Source of the DNA: a virus
Lineage: Duplodnaviria > Caudoviricetes
Direction: 5' to 3' (one strand)
Length of the DNA: 52,392 bases
Virus record (IMG/VR): IMGVR_UViG_3300025131_005133
Coordinates: 1 to 52,392 of that record
Shown here piece after piece: positions 17,921 through 28,482 of the stretch. Each line of letters begins with the position of its first letter. Within the stretch, counting starts at the first letter, position 1. The notes beneath the pieces were generated by a model. The model worked only from the letters and a program-made list of their open reading frames with translations, searched no databases and had not been told where the DNA came from. The position numbers and the translations under genes are program-made.

Positions 17921-19587
17921 TAAAAATAAGATTATTAGAACCAGACAAACATCGTAATGAATGTGTTTTTAGACCATACCTTTGGGCTCAAAATAGTTTA
18001 AGAGAAATAGGTATAGAGTTTACGACAGGTGATTCATATGATTACACTTGGGTAGGTCAAGCAAGTGTTATTGACAAAAAGGTTTCGTTACAAGAATCTG
18101 TTGACAAGGGATTAGAATTTCTATCTAACATAGATGGTGAATACATGATATTAGATGGACAAGATTCAACTTCATTGATTGGAACATACGAGGTTTTCAA
18201 ACAATCTAACGCGTTACTCCTATTGAAGAACAGTATGCTCAAAGACAGAAGTTTGTACAAAAAAGGTTGGGTATTAGGGAGATATTATTGGGGAGTTGGT
18301 GATTACAAACTTGATGATTTTGATGAATATTCAGATAGAATTGTATTGAGTGGAACTAATTGGTTAAGTACACATTTTACTGGTGTTAATATTCAATGGT
18401 ATGATTATAAGACTCCTAAAACATATGATATATCAGCTATGTTTCAGTATCCTCAAGGAACAGAAGTTTTTGAACACGAACAATTACAAAGTTATCATTA
18501 TGATAAACACAGAACACCTATGATGAATGTGTTAGACAAATTAAGTTATAACATTGCTAAATTAGAAAATGGAGTAAGAGTTCCAATAGAAGAGTATTAT
18601 CAAAAAATATCAGACGCTAAAATATTGTTAGCACCTTTTGGTTATGGTGAAATGGCACCAAGAGATTTAGACACAGCTCAATTTGGAGCAGTATTGATAA
18701 AACCAGATATGAGTTACATTGATACCAAACCTAATTTGTTTGAAGACAATAAAACATATATCGCATGTAAACATGATTATTCAGATTTAGAAGAAAAAAT
18801 TGATTTTGTAATGTCAAATTATGATGAGGTACAAGAAAAGATTGTCTTGAATATGAGAGACAAAATTAAAAATGAGATACATCCCAATAACATAGCATTA
18901 CATATATATGATATTTTTAGAAAAATGCCATCTATATCTACCGAAACTAATATACAAAATATGAGTGACTTGTCAATTGACGAAATACATAAAATTCAAT
19001 CAGTTGTTAATGTGTGTAATGGTATGAGTTTTGATCAATATAAATCTATTTATAATTGTATCAAATTAAAAAAAGATTCTAATGTTTTAGTTTTTGGTGT
19101 TGGTAGTGATTCTAATTTGTGGTATGAAACAAATAAGAATGGTAAAACTGTTTTTTTAGAAGATAACGAGGAGTGGTTTAACCAAGTTAAAATTCAATCA
19201 CCTCATTTAGAAATATGTAAAATAAAATATACAGATACAGGATATGAAGCCGATAGTTTAATTGAAGAATATAAATCTGGAAATGAAAATTGTCTTTCTT
19301 TAGATTTACCTGATTATATCAGAAATACAGATTGGGATGTAATTGTAGTAGACGCCCCAGCTGGTTGGGGTGATAAATATCCATGTAGAATGAAAAGTAT
19401 TTATGAAACTTATAATTTAACCAAAAATTTAATTGAGGTTGATATATTTGTACATGACAGTCAAAGAGAAATAGAAACTAAATATTGTAATTATTTTTTA
19501 AAACCAAATTATAAATTGATAGATGAAGTTTTAGATCCTGAAGGTACAGAATTTGCAGGTCGTAAACTTTCTCATTTTAAGAGATGA
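17917..19587 (+). CDS. Fusion: GT-B-like glycosyltransferase plus DUF579-like polysaccharide O-methyltransferase
   Basis: N-part APFGYGEMAPRD..GAVLIKP; C-part NVLVFGVG.DS.LW, TVFLED.EW, WDVIVVDAP.G, RMKSIY, DIFVHD. Confidence 0.75.
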   Translation: MIKIRLLEPDKHRNECVFRPYLWAQNSLREIGIEFTTGDSYDYTWVGQASVIDKKVSLQESVDKGLEFLSNIDGEYMILDGQDSTSLIGTYEVFKQSNALLLLKNSMLKDRSLYKKGWVLGRYYWGVGDYKLDDFDEYSDRIVLSGTNWLSTHFTGVNIQWYDYKTPKTYDISAMFQYPQGTEVFEHEQLQSYHYDKHRTPMMNVLDKLSYNIAKLENGVRVPIEEYYQKISDAKILLAPFGYGEMAPRDLDTAQFGAVLIKPDMSYIDTKPNLFEDNKTYIACKHDYSDLEEKIDFVMSNYDEVQEKIVLNMRDKIKNEIHPNNIALHIYDIFRKMPSISTETNIQNMSDLSIDEIHKIQSVVNVCNGMSFDQYKSIYNCIKLKKDSNVLVFGVGSDSNLWYETNKNGKTVFLEDNEEWFNQVKIQSPHLEICKIKYTDTGYEADSLIEEYKSGNENCLSLDLPDYIRNTDWDVIVVDAPAGWGDKYPCRMKSIYETYNLTKNLIEVDIFVHDSQREIETKYCNYFLKPNYKLIDEVLDPEGTEFAGRKLSHFKR

Positions 19588-20591
19588 ATTTTGCTTTAAT
19601 AGTAGATGCACTTGATCCGGTCAGTTCATATTATGTTGACAATAATACTGTATATGATTTTAAAAATAATAAAGAATATTTTATTCCAACTATTGGTATA
19701 AATAAAGATTGTTTTCTTACTATATACAATTATCCTTTGTTATTTGAGAATGGTTACTTATTCAATTGGCATGAATTTGAATATGATTTACCAGATTTGG
19801 ATTTAGATTTGATTTTTTTAGTAGTAGAGAGGACATTGGGTAGAGAAGAATTTACACCTTGGGTTGACATTCAAAATTTGAGAAAAAAATATCCAAATAC
19901 AAGAATAGTTGGTTATATAAAAGAGCCAGAAGCTGTAATTAATAGTTATAATGATCATAACCAATACTCACTCAAAGTTAATTTTTTGAATAAGTGTGAT
20001 GCTGTCGTAGTTAACAGACCAGAACTCAAGGAATTTCAAAAATTGGCTGACGGTGTTGACAAACCATTTAATTTTGTAGCTCTACCTCATAATGTGAATT
20101 ATTATTATGATAATTTTTTTAAAGATAAAGATCTAGCTATATGGGCTTATACACCACATAGTGGAAACCGTAGATATTCTACACTTGATTTTTCTAAATA
20201 CATAAGTGACAAGTATGATATACCGTTGAGACATAAACAATTAAATTTAATGAGAAATTTTCATATACCAATTGAAGAATTTATAGATAAGTGGTCGTCA
20301 TGTCTTTTTCATTTTAATTTAGATCCTATACCTTACTTTCCTGGAAACCAAGCAGTGCAGGTAGCTAGTACAGGTACAATTAATGTTGGTGGGGTCAATG
20401 ATTATCATCATATCTTATATCCAGAAATTGCTACATGTGATTTAAAAAAATTAGAAGAAAAGTTTGTTCAGTTATTGGAAGATGAAAATAAAAGAAATGA
20501 GGTTGTTGAACGAGCCTGGAATAAATTGAATGAGATATTTAGTTTCAAAGCAGTTCGTAAACAAATAGAAAATATAAGGTATATTAGTTAG
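19584..20591 (+). CDS. Putative glycosyltransferase
   Basis: Island context; C-terminal PGNQAVQVASTGT resembles a GT-B donor motif; related to 37470-38402. Confidence 0.5.
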   Translation: MNFALIVDALDPVSSYYVDNNTVYDFKNNKEYFIPTIGINKDCFLTIYNYPLLFENGYLFNWHEFEYDLPDLDLDLIFLVVERTLGREEFTPWVDIQNLRKKYPNTRIVGYIKEPEAVINSYNDHNQYSLKVNFLNKCDAVVVNRPELKEFQKLADGVDKPFNFVALPHNVNYYYDNFFKDKDLAIWAYTPHSGNRRYSTLDFSKYISDKYDIPLRHKQLNLMRNFHIPIEEFIDKWSSCLFHFNLDPIPYFPGNQAVQVASTGTINVGGVNDYHHILYPEIATCDLKKLEEKFVQLLEDENKRNEVVERAWNKLNEIFSFKAVRKQIENIRYIS

Positions 20592-21494
20592 ATGACAAAA
20601 ATATTGGTTACTGGTGGAAGTGGTTTAGTTGGTAAACACTTACAAGATATTTTACCTGATGCTATTTACATATCATCAAAAGATTATGATTTAACAGATT
20701 TACAACAAGTTAGAGATATGATGAATGAGTATAAACCAAATAATGTTATACATTTAGCAGCTAGGGTTGGTGGTATTGTAGATAACATAAACTATCCTGT
20801 AGATTATCTTGAAGAAAATGTTTTGATGAATACAAATGTACTAAAGGCTTGTCATGAATTTGATGTTAAAAGAGTTATAGCTATCCTAAGTACTTGTGTT
20901 TATCCTGATGTAGTAGAAACATATCCGATGAAAGAAGAAGACTTATTTAATGGTCCTCCAACTCCTACTAATTTCTCATATGGATTTGCTAAACGATGTA
21001 TGGCAGCTCATATTGATTCTTATAGAAAACAATACGATAAGAAATGGTCTTATCTAATTCCTTGTAATTTATATGGTGAGTATGATAAGTATGAAGAACA
21101 TCATAGTCATTTTGTATCAGCTCTCATCAGAAAGATATATGAAGCTGAAGATTCTATAGAACTATGGGGAACAGGAAAACCATTAAGACAATTTATGTAT
21201 GGTGGTGATTTAGCTAGAGTGATTAAACATATGATTGACAATACTATTGTTGGTAGTTTTAATGTAGCACCGGAATGGGTACATTCAATAAATGATTTAG
21301 CGGAAATTGGAAAAAAGGCTTGTTTAAAAGATGAAATAGTTGTAAATTATGATAACGATAAACCAGATGGTCAATATAGAAAAGATGTAGATTCATCTAA
21401 ATTATTGTCTGTATTAAAAGATTTTGAATTTACAACTTTAGAAGAAGGAATAAAAAAGGTTTATGATAACTTTAGTAAAAGATACGATAGATAA
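20592..21494 (+). CDS. fcl: GDP-fucose synthase / ColC-like epimerase-reductase
   Basis: TGGSGLVG, HLAARVGGI, STCVYP, YGFAKR, PCNLYG, WGTGKPLRQF. Confidence 0.88.
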   Translation: MTKILVTGGSGLVGKHLQDILPDAIYISSKDYDLTDLQQVRDMMNEYKPNNVIHLAARVGGIVDNINYPVDYLEENVLMNTNVLKACHEFDVKRVIAILSTCVYPDVVETYPMKEEDLFNGPPTPTNFSYGFAKRCMAAHIDSYRKQYDKKWSYLIPCNLYGEYDKYEEHHSHFVSALIRKIYEAEDSIELWGTGKPLRQFMYGGDLARVIKHMIDNTIVGSFNVAPEWVHSINDLAEIGKKACLKDEIVVNYDNDKPDGQYRKDVDSSKLLSVLKDFEFTTLEEGIKKVYDNFSKRYDR

Positions 21495-22617
21495 TAAAGA
21501 CATTGACCAGTTAATTGATTGGTTGAAAACATATCCAAGATTGACAAAAGGTCCATTAACTTTAGAATTAGAAGAGAAGTGGTCTAAATGGTTGGGTGTT
21601 AAATATTCTGTTTTTTGTAATTCAGGTTCATCTGCTAATTTGTTGATGTTATCAGCATTAAATGAAAGTGGTTATATGGATAACAACAAAGTTGTAGTTC
21701 CATCAGTTGCATGGTCTACAGATTTAGCTCCTGTGATACAATTAGGTTTTGAACCAATATTATGTGATTCTAATATGGAAGACTTGTCAGTAGATTTAGA
21801 ACACTTAGAAAAAATATTTAAAGAAGAAAGACCGTCAGCACTTATATTCGTATCTGTTTTGGGATTAGTTCCTGATATGGATAAATTATTTGATTTATGC
21901 ATGAGATATGAGGTATCTCTTTTAGAAGATACTTGTGAATCAATGGGTTGTGAATATAAAGGAAAAAAACTTGGAACATTTGGACAGATGTCAAGTTTCT
22001 CTACATTTTTCGGTCATCACATATCAACGATTGAAGGTGGTTTTGTTTCAACAGATAATTTTGAATTATATGAATTATTGGTATCTTTACGAAGCCATGG
22101 TTGGGATAGAGATTTAAGCAAGGAAACACAAAAAGAGTTACAAGAAGAATGGAATGTATCAGAGTTTGCTGCTATGTACACTTTTTATTATCCAGGTTTT
22201 AATCTGAGGTCTACAGATTTACAAGCATTTATAGGATTGGGTCAGATTGATAAATTAAATGGTTGGGGAAAACAAAGAGTAAGGAATTTTAATCTGTATC
22301 AAAAATTAATCAAGAATGATTATTGGAAACCAAAACCACAATCTGATTCGTTTATATCCAATTTTGCTTATCCTGTAATTCATCCTAATAGAGATGAAAT
22401 AATTACAGAATTACAAAATAATGATGTTGAAGTTAGACCAATGATTTGTGGTTCGATGGGAACACAACCATTTTATGTTAAGGAGTATGGTATGTTAGAA
22501 CTGCCTAATGTATCTGTAGTAGATAAGTATGGATTTTATGTTCCAAATCATCCTAAACTAACATCTGATGAAATTTTATTTATATCAGAAATAATTAATA
22601 TGGAGATATCTAAATGA
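21463..22617 (+). CDS. ColD-like GDP-4-keto-6-deoxymannose 3-dehydratase (DegT family)
   Basis: NSGSSANL, EDTCESMG, STFFGHHISTIEGG (His at the PLP-Lys site), RSHGWDR. Confidence 0.8.
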   Translation: MITLVKDTIDNKDIDQLIDWLKTYPRLTKGPLTLELEEKWSKWLGVKYSVFCNSGSSANLLMLSALNESGYMDNNKVVVPSVAWSTDLAPVIQLGFEPILCDSNMEDLSVDLEHLEKIFKEERPSALIFVSVLGLVPDMDKLFDLCMRYEVSLLEDTCESMGCEYKGKKLGTFGQMSSFSTFFGHHISTIEGGFVSTDNFELYELLVSLRSHGWDRDLSKETQKELQEEWNVSEFAAMYTFYYPGFNLRSTDLQAFIGLGQIDKLNGWGKQRVRNFNLYQKLIKNDYWKPKPQSDSFISNFAYPVIHPNRDEIITELQNNDVEVRPMICGSMGTQPFYVKEYGMLELPNVSVVDKYGFYVPNHPKLTSDEILFISEIINMEISK

Positions 22618-23588
22618 AAAAGGCTTTAATTACAGGTATTAATGGACAAGATGGTTCTTATTTAGCTGAACTATTATTAGAAAAAGGTTATGAAGTTCAT
22701 GGAATCCTAAAACGAAATTCAGTTACTGAAAATCAGACTGCTAGATTAGTTAATATATTTTCACAATTAAATCTTGAATATGCTGATATGACAGACATGG
22801 CTTCTTTAATTAAAGTGTTACAAGATGTCCAACCTGATGAAATATACAATTTAGCCGCTCAATCACATGTAAGAATATCATTTGACCAGCCAATTTATAC
22901 TGCTCAAACAGTTGCTATTGGAGTTATGAATTTATTAGAATCTATACGATTGATTTGTCCCAAAGCTAAGATGTACCAAGCATCATCATCAGAAATGTTT
23001 GGTAATAGTATAGATGAAGATGGTTATCAGAGAGAAACAACACCAATGAATCCTGTTTCACCTTATGGTTGTTCTAAAGTATTTGCGTACAATTTAGTAA
23101 GAAACTATAGAAATTCATATGGATTATTTTTAAGTAATGGTATTCTATTTAATCACGAATCACCAAGAAGAGGAATAAACTTTGTAACTAACAAAGTTGT
23201 AAAAGAAGCTTGTAAGATTAGAGTTGGTATGTCAAATCAATTTAAGTTGGGTAATTTAGAAGCATCTAGAGATTGGGGTCACGCTAAAGATTATGTTAAG
23301 GCTATGTGGTTAATATTACAACATGACACTCCAGATGATTTTGTATGTTCTACTGGAATATCTCATACGGTTAGAGATTTAGTAGATTATGTTTTTAAAA
23401 AAATAGAATTACCAAATTGGGAAACATTTGTTGGTCAAGATGAGAAGTATTTAAGACCAGAGGAATTAAATGTGTTGAAGGGTGATTGTTCAAAAGCTAA
23501 AAGAGTGTTAGGATGGAAACATGAGTATACATTTGAAACCATGCTAGATGAAATGATTGAACATTGGTTTAAAATTTTTAAGGAATGA
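22614..23588 (+). CDS. gmd: GDP-mannose 4,6-dehydratase
   Basis: ITGINGQDGSYLAE, NLAAQSHV, QASSSEMFG, NHESPRRG, RDWGHAKDY. Confidence 0.96.
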   Translation: MKKALITGINGQDGSYLAELLLEKGYEVHGILKRNSVTENQTARLVNIFSQLNLEYADMTDMASLIKVLQDVQPDEIYNLAAQSHVRISFDQPIYTAQTVAIGVMNLLESIRLICPKAKMYQASSSEMFGNSIDEDGYQRETTPMNPVSPYGCSKVFAYNLVRNYRNSYGLFLSNGILFNHESPRRGINFVTNKVVKEACKIRVGMSNQFKLGNLEASRDWGHAKDYVKAMWLILQHDTPDDFVCSTGISHTVRDLVDYVFKKIELPNWETFVGQDEKYLRPEELNVLKGDCSKAKRVLGWKHEYTFETMLDEMIEHWFKIFKE

Positions 23589-23594
23589 TGAGAA

Positions 23595-24326
23595 ATGTTT
23601 AGTTATAATGAATATAGAAATTTGATTAAAATTATATCAGGAAACTTACCAATACTTGATTTTAAAGAAGTAAAAAAAGATACAGAAAAATTTTGTGTGT
23701 TGAGACATGATATTGAGTTTTCAATTGATAGAGCACATAAGATAGCCAAAATTGAAAATCAATTGGGAGTGTCGTCTACTTATACTGTTCAAGTTAGAAA
23801 TAATACATATAATGCACTTTCTGAAAAAAATATAGAATTGATTCATAAGATAAAAGAATTAGGACATTATATAGGTTTGCATCAAAATCCACCGATAATG
23901 CCATTACCAGAATTAAATAATTATATATTAAGAGATATTAAAACACTTGAAGATTCTTATGGTTTTCCAATTGATAGATTTGCATTTCATAGACCTAAAT
24001 CTGAATATTTAAGTAAGTATATAGAATTAAAAGGTAAAATAAATTGTTATGGTACTAAGTTTTTTAATTATTTTGAAAATGAACCAGGTAAGTTAGATGT
24101 ATTATACTTAGCTGATTCTAATCATAAGTGGAAGTATGGTTATCCACTAGATTTTGATTTTTCTAAGATTAATAAATTACAATTATTAACACACCCATTT
24201 TCTTGGTCGGAAAATGGTGGAGACAATTATGGTAATTTTGTAAGTTTAATCAGAGAAAGAAATGATGAATTAGTAAATTCAATGAATACAGAAACTACTA
24301 CTTTTCCACAGGAACTTTTATCTTGA
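23595..24326 (+). CDS. Polysaccharide deacetylase-like protein
   Basis: LRHDIE, GHYIGLH, FHRP, YLADS, QLLTHP. Confidence 0.65.
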   Translation: MFSYNEYRNLIKIISGNLPILDFKEVKKDTEKFCVLRHDIEFSIDRAHKIAKIENQLGVSSTYTVQVRNNTYNALSEKNIELIHKIKELGHYIGLHQNPPIMPLPELNNYILRDIKTLEDSYGFPIDRFAFHRPKSEYLSKYIELKGKINCYGTKFFNYFENEPGKLDVLYLADSNHKWKYGYPLDFDFSKINKLQLLTHPFSWSENGGDNYGNFVSLIRERNDELVNSMNTETTTFPQELLS

Positions 24327-25231
24327 AATATAAAATAGTATTTTTTGGAACAAAACAATCAACTATCTCCTTGTTAAAAAGATTTAAAGATGGTGTTGAC
24401 TTGGTGGTTACCGTAAGTGATGAAGTCAAGAATAATAACCACATTTCGGCCACAGGTGATGTTTTTGGTTATGCATCTAAAAATAATATAAAATGTTATT
24501 CTACTGATGATTATACATTAAAATCTTGTAGAGATTTTTTTGAAAGTAATGAATTTGATATAGGAATTTGTTATGGTTGGCAGAGATTGATACCAAAATA
24601 TATTTTAGAGAGATTCAAGTACGGAGTTTTTGGAACACACGCAAGTCCATTGGGATTACCATATGGTAAGGGAAGATCTCCACTTAACTGGTCTATTATC
24701 AGAGGTTTTGATCAGGTGTATTTTAATTTATTTAAGTATGAAACCACAGCTGATAGTGGAATGATATATTCAACAATCAAGTTTGAAATAAATAAATGGG
24801 ATACCATAGATTCTATTAAGATGAAAGATTTAATTGTCACAAGAAATCAGGTTTCTAATTTACTTGAGGATTATGAGAATAACAATATAAATTTATATAA
24901 TCAACGAGATGATATCGAGGAAACATTTTTTCTTAAAAGATCACCTAAAGATGGAAAAATAGATTTGAACCATAGTAGTAGAGAAATATATAATTTAATT
25001 AGAGGTGTTACCAATCCATTTCCTGGAGCTTTTTTAATGTATGGAGATTCTAAACTTATAATATGGGATGCTGTACCATTTGACGGTCAGTTAGATTTTA
25101 GTGATTATGTGTTGGGTGAAATAATAGAATTTATTGACAGTAAATTTATATTGAAATTGGTGGATGGAACACTTTTAGTTAAAAATTTTGAATGTGATAG
25201 AAAACTTAAACATGGAATTATTTTAAAATGA
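24323..25231 (+). CDS. Sugar N-formyltransferase (Fmt/ArnA-like)
   Basis: GWQRLIP, HAS..LPYGKGRSPLNW, DSG, IRGVTNPFPGAF. Confidence 0.88.
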   Translation: MKYKIVFFGTKQSTISLLKRFKDGVDLVVTVSDEVKNNNHISATGDVFGYASKNNIKCYSTDDYTLKSCRDFFESNEFDIGICYGWQRLIPKYILERFKYGVFGTHASPLGLPYGKGRSPLNWSIIRGFDQVYFNLFKYETTADSGMIYSTIKFEINKWDTIDSIKMKDLIVTRNQVSNLLEDYENNNINLYNQRDDIEETFFLKRSPKDGKIDLNHSSREIYNLIRGVTNPFPGAFLMYGDSKLIIWDAVPFDGQLDFSDYVLGEIIEFIDSKFILKLVDGTLLVKNFECDRKLKHGIILK

Positions 25232-26586
25232 AAAAAAATGTAATTTGGTGGCCTGCTGTAAAAAGTGAAATACACAGCGAAAAATATGGAAATTTTGATT
25301 ATTTTGAATATTCACGAAAAACTTGGGAATATTGGTGTAAGAAAAATGATGTCTTATTTGTACCATTTGAAGAATCAGTAGAAAAAGATCTATCTGAATA
25401 TAGGATAAACTGGCAGAAAGCTATTTTTGTTTTTGATGAATTAGAACGGAGAGATATAGAATATGATCAGATAGCCTTGGTTGATAGTACTGTGATGGTT
25501 AAGTGGGACTGCCCTAATTTTTTTGAACTAACTGATAGAAAATTTACAGTTACGAGAGAAATGGATAATCTCAGGTGGGTATATGAAAGTGTACAGGGAT
25601 ATGAAGATTTTTTTAAAGGATTTGAATTAGATTTATCTAAATATTTTAGGTCTGGTTTTATGATATTTAATGAAATACACAGAGATTTTTTTAAAAGTTT
25701 TAAAAATATGTATCTAGAGAATAAAAAAAGTCTTATTGAATTACAAGACAAAATAGTTCGTAAAGGTAATGACCAAACTCCAATTAATTATTGGATACAA
25801 AAGAACAACATAGAACTAAATATGTTACCACATGCTCTTTGGATGTGTTCACACCTACATAGAAAAGAAATGTTAGGACACAACTGGCAGTTAGATGAGG
25901 ACAAAATTCCTTTTTTTATAAAATATGCTAACAACTGGATGTTTAATGGTATACCAAAAGACAAAAGAACAGAATTTATGAAACAGACATGGGAAATTGT
26001 CAAGCATCATTATACTTTTGATGAAGATGAAATATTATTAAATTCTGTTAGACATAAAGATACTTTTAAAAATGCAACTTCAAGAAAATTTAAAGAAGAT
26101 TTGATAGAATTTTTTGGTGATGGTAAATATAAAGATATGTCGGTAGTTGAGTTGGGAGCCTGTCAAGGTGATACAACTAAAATATTCAGTAAATTATTTA
26201 AAAATGTGTATGCAGTTGACCGAGCAGAAGATAATATTAAAGTAATTGCAGAAAAATGTAAAGGTATTGATAATGTTACCTACGAGGTAATGGATGTTAC
26301 TGATGACGAGTGGAAATTTCCAAAAGCAGATGTAGTTTTTGTAGACGCTAGCCATGATTATCCACAAGTTGCATATGATATAGAAAAAGCTATAAATTAC
26401 TTTAAAAATCCAATTATCATATTAGATGATTATGGTAATCCCAATAATACAAATATTAGAAGATCTATAGATGATAAAATAAGAGAAGGAAAAGTAAAAA
26501 TACATAAAAAAATTGGAGAATATCCTGGATTTAAGACCAAATCCGGATGGGAAATGAATGATAGAGAGGGGGTAATTTTAGTTTGA
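25228..26586 (+). CDS. Fusion: GT-A glycosyltransferase plus class I SAM methyltransferase
   Basis: N-part WQKA..LVDS..SGF..DQTPINY; C-part VVELGACQG, VFVDASHDY, ILDDYG. Confidence 0.75.
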   Translation: MKKNVIWWPAVKSEIHSEKYGNFDYFEYSRKTWEYWCKKNDVLFVPFEESVEKDLSEYRINWQKAIFVFDELERRDIEYDQIALVDSTVMVKWDCPNFFELTDRKFTVTREMDNLRWVYESVQGYEDFFKGFELDLSKYFRSGFMIFNEIHRDFFKSFKNMYLENKKSLIELQDKIVRKGNDQTPINYWIQKNNIELNMLPHALWMCSHLHRKEMLGHNWQLDEDKIPFFIKYANNWMFNGIPKDKRTEFMKQTWEIVKHHYTFDEDEILLNSVRHKDTFKNATSRKFKEDLIEFFGDGKYKDMSVVELGACQGDTTKIFSKLFKNVYAVDRAEDNIKVIAEKCKGIDNVTYEVMDVTDDEWKFPKADVVFVDASHDYPQVAYDIEKAINYFKNPIIILDDYGNPNNTNIRRSIDDKIREGKVKIHKKIGEYPGFKTKSGWEMNDREGVILV

Positions 26587-27311
26587 AAGCTATTTTCATA
26601 ACAGTTAGAACTGGTTCTACAAGATTACCTAATAAATCTATACTGAAAATTAAAGATAAATTTACGATTGAATATGTGATAGATAATGTTAAGAAATCAA
26701 AATATGCTGACATGGTTGTATTATGTACAACAGAGTTAAAAGAGGATAAAATTTTATGTAGTATAGCAGAGAAAAATGGTATAAATTTTTATTGTGGAAG
26801 TGAATTAAATAAGTTTGAGAGGTGGCAGGAAGCATGTGAGAGATTTGATATAGACTTTTTTGTCACAGCTGACGGTGATGATTTGTTTTATGATGCTGGA
26901 TTGGCAGACCTTTGTTTTGAACAAATTAAAGATAATGATTTTATAGATGGACAGGGTTTATATAATGATGTTTACGGTATGAAATCTTCCATATTAAAGA
27001 CTATTTTAGATATACCAACCGAGACAAATGTAGAACCTCATGAAATAGTAGAGTTTTTAAAAAATACAAAGTTAAGGGTAAAAAAGTTAATCGATGTTCC
27101 TGATATATATAAAAAGAAAAATATTAGAATGACATTAGATTATGAAGATGATTTTAAGTTTTTTTCTACAGTTATTGAAAATTTAAAGCTTGACTTTAGT
27201 ATAAAAAATGTCTTAAATTATATAGATGATAATCCACACATAAGGGATATCAATTATGGAAGAGAAATAGATTGGAAAAATAATCAACTTGGAGGGGATA
27301 AACATGAATGA
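26583..27311 (+). CDS. SpsF-like acylneuraminate-type cytidylyltransferase
   Basis: VRTGSTRLPNK, GSE, RMTLDYEDD. Confidence 0.85.
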   Translation: MKAIFITVRTGSTRLPNKSILKIKDKFTIEYVIDNVKKSKYADMVVLCTTELKEDKILCSIAEKNGINFYCGSELNKFERWQEACERFDIDFFVTADGDDLFYDAGLADLCFEQIKDNDFIDGQGLYNDVYGMKSSILKTILDIPTETNVEPHEIVEFLKNTKLRVKKLIDVPDIYKKKNIRMTLDYEDDFKFFSTVIENLKLDFSIKNVLNYIDDNPHIRDINYGREIDWKNNQLGGDKHE

Positions 27312-28482
27312 TCATTTTAAAATAGATGAAATAAAGGAAAATCTTAAAGGCAAATATATTGGTAATGAGATAGAATATATTTTAGAAGTTTTAGATTCTG
27401 AAAGTGTAGAAAGAAAGAAGAATCCATTTGTAAATAGATTAGAAAAAAAATATTCAGAAGTCTTTCAAAGTAAATATGCTATAGCACACAATTCTTGTAC
27501 ATCAGCGTTACACACCTGTTTGTTAGCAGCTGGAGTTAAAAGTGGTGATGAAGTTATATCTCCAGGTCATACTGTCATTATGAACTCATTTGTTACTTTA
27601 TATATGAAAGCAATTCCTGTTTATGTTGATATAAATCCAGATACATTCAATATGGACCCGGAAGATTTGGAAAGAAAAATTACTGACCAAACAAAAGCCA
27701 TTCAAGTTGTACATATGCATGGTAATCCAGCAGATATGATTCCAATAATGAAAATAGCCAAAAAATATAATATACCAGTAATTGAAGATTGTGCACAATG
27801 TGTGTTGGGATATGTTGATGGTAAATTAATAGGAACATTTGGTGATATGGCTTGTTGGAGTTTCGAAACAAAGAAACATTTATCAACAGGTGAAGGTGGG
27901 ATGGTGACCACTAACAATGAGGAGTACGGAACTATAATCAGAAAGACTGGTGGTTTAGGTTATAAGACTCTTGAAGCTGGACAAAGTTTGAGACAATTAT
28001 TACCATCTGATTTTCAAAATCCTCATTATAAAAGACACGATACATTGGGTTGGAATTACAGAATGAATGAGTTATCAGCCGCAGTTGGTTTAGCACAATT
28101 AGAAAGAGTAGAAGAATTAGTAAACAGAAGACAGAAAATTGCAAAAATGTATGATGAAGTTTTTGAACAATATGATTTCACAACACCACAAAAAGTTTTG
28201 GATGGACATATAAATACTTATTGGACTTATACAATCAAGTATGAAAAAGATTGGTTTGAACTTTATAATAAAGTGAAGAATGCTGGTGGTGATGGTTTTT
28301 ATGGGGGATTATCAGTTCCTTATCAGGAACCTGTTATGTCTTCATATACATATATAGGTGGTTGTCCAATAGCAGAAAAAACTCAACCAAAGATGATACA
28401 ATTCAAAACTAATTATAGAAGTATCGAGGATGCAAAAATAAATATAAAAATTTTAAATAACACACTTAGGAGAATTAAATGA
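27304..28482 (+). CDS. DegT/DnrJ sugar aminotransferase
   Basis: NSCTSALH, IEDCAQ, SFETKKHLSTGEGG, GWNYRM; GGAGG RBS before ATG 27304. Confidence 0.9.
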   Translation: MNDHFKIDEIKENLKGKYIGNEIEYILEVLDSESVERKKNPFVNRLEKKYSEVFQSKYAIAHNSCTSALHTCLLAAGVKSGDEVISPGHTVIMNSFVTLYMKAIPVYVDINPDTFNMDPEDLERKITDQTKAIQVVHMHGNPADMIPIMKIAKKYNIPVIEDCAQCVLGYVDGKLIGTFGDMACWSFETKKHLSTGEGGMVTTNNEEYGTIIRKTGGLGYKTLEAGQSLRQLLPSDFQNPHYKRHDTLGWNYRMNELSAAVGLAQLERVEELVNRRQKIAKMYDEVFEQYDFTTPQKVLDGHINTYWTYTIKYEKDWFELYNKVKNAGGDGFYGGLSVPYQEPVMSSYTYIGGCPIAEKTQPKMIQFKTNYRSIEDAKINIKILNNTLRRIK

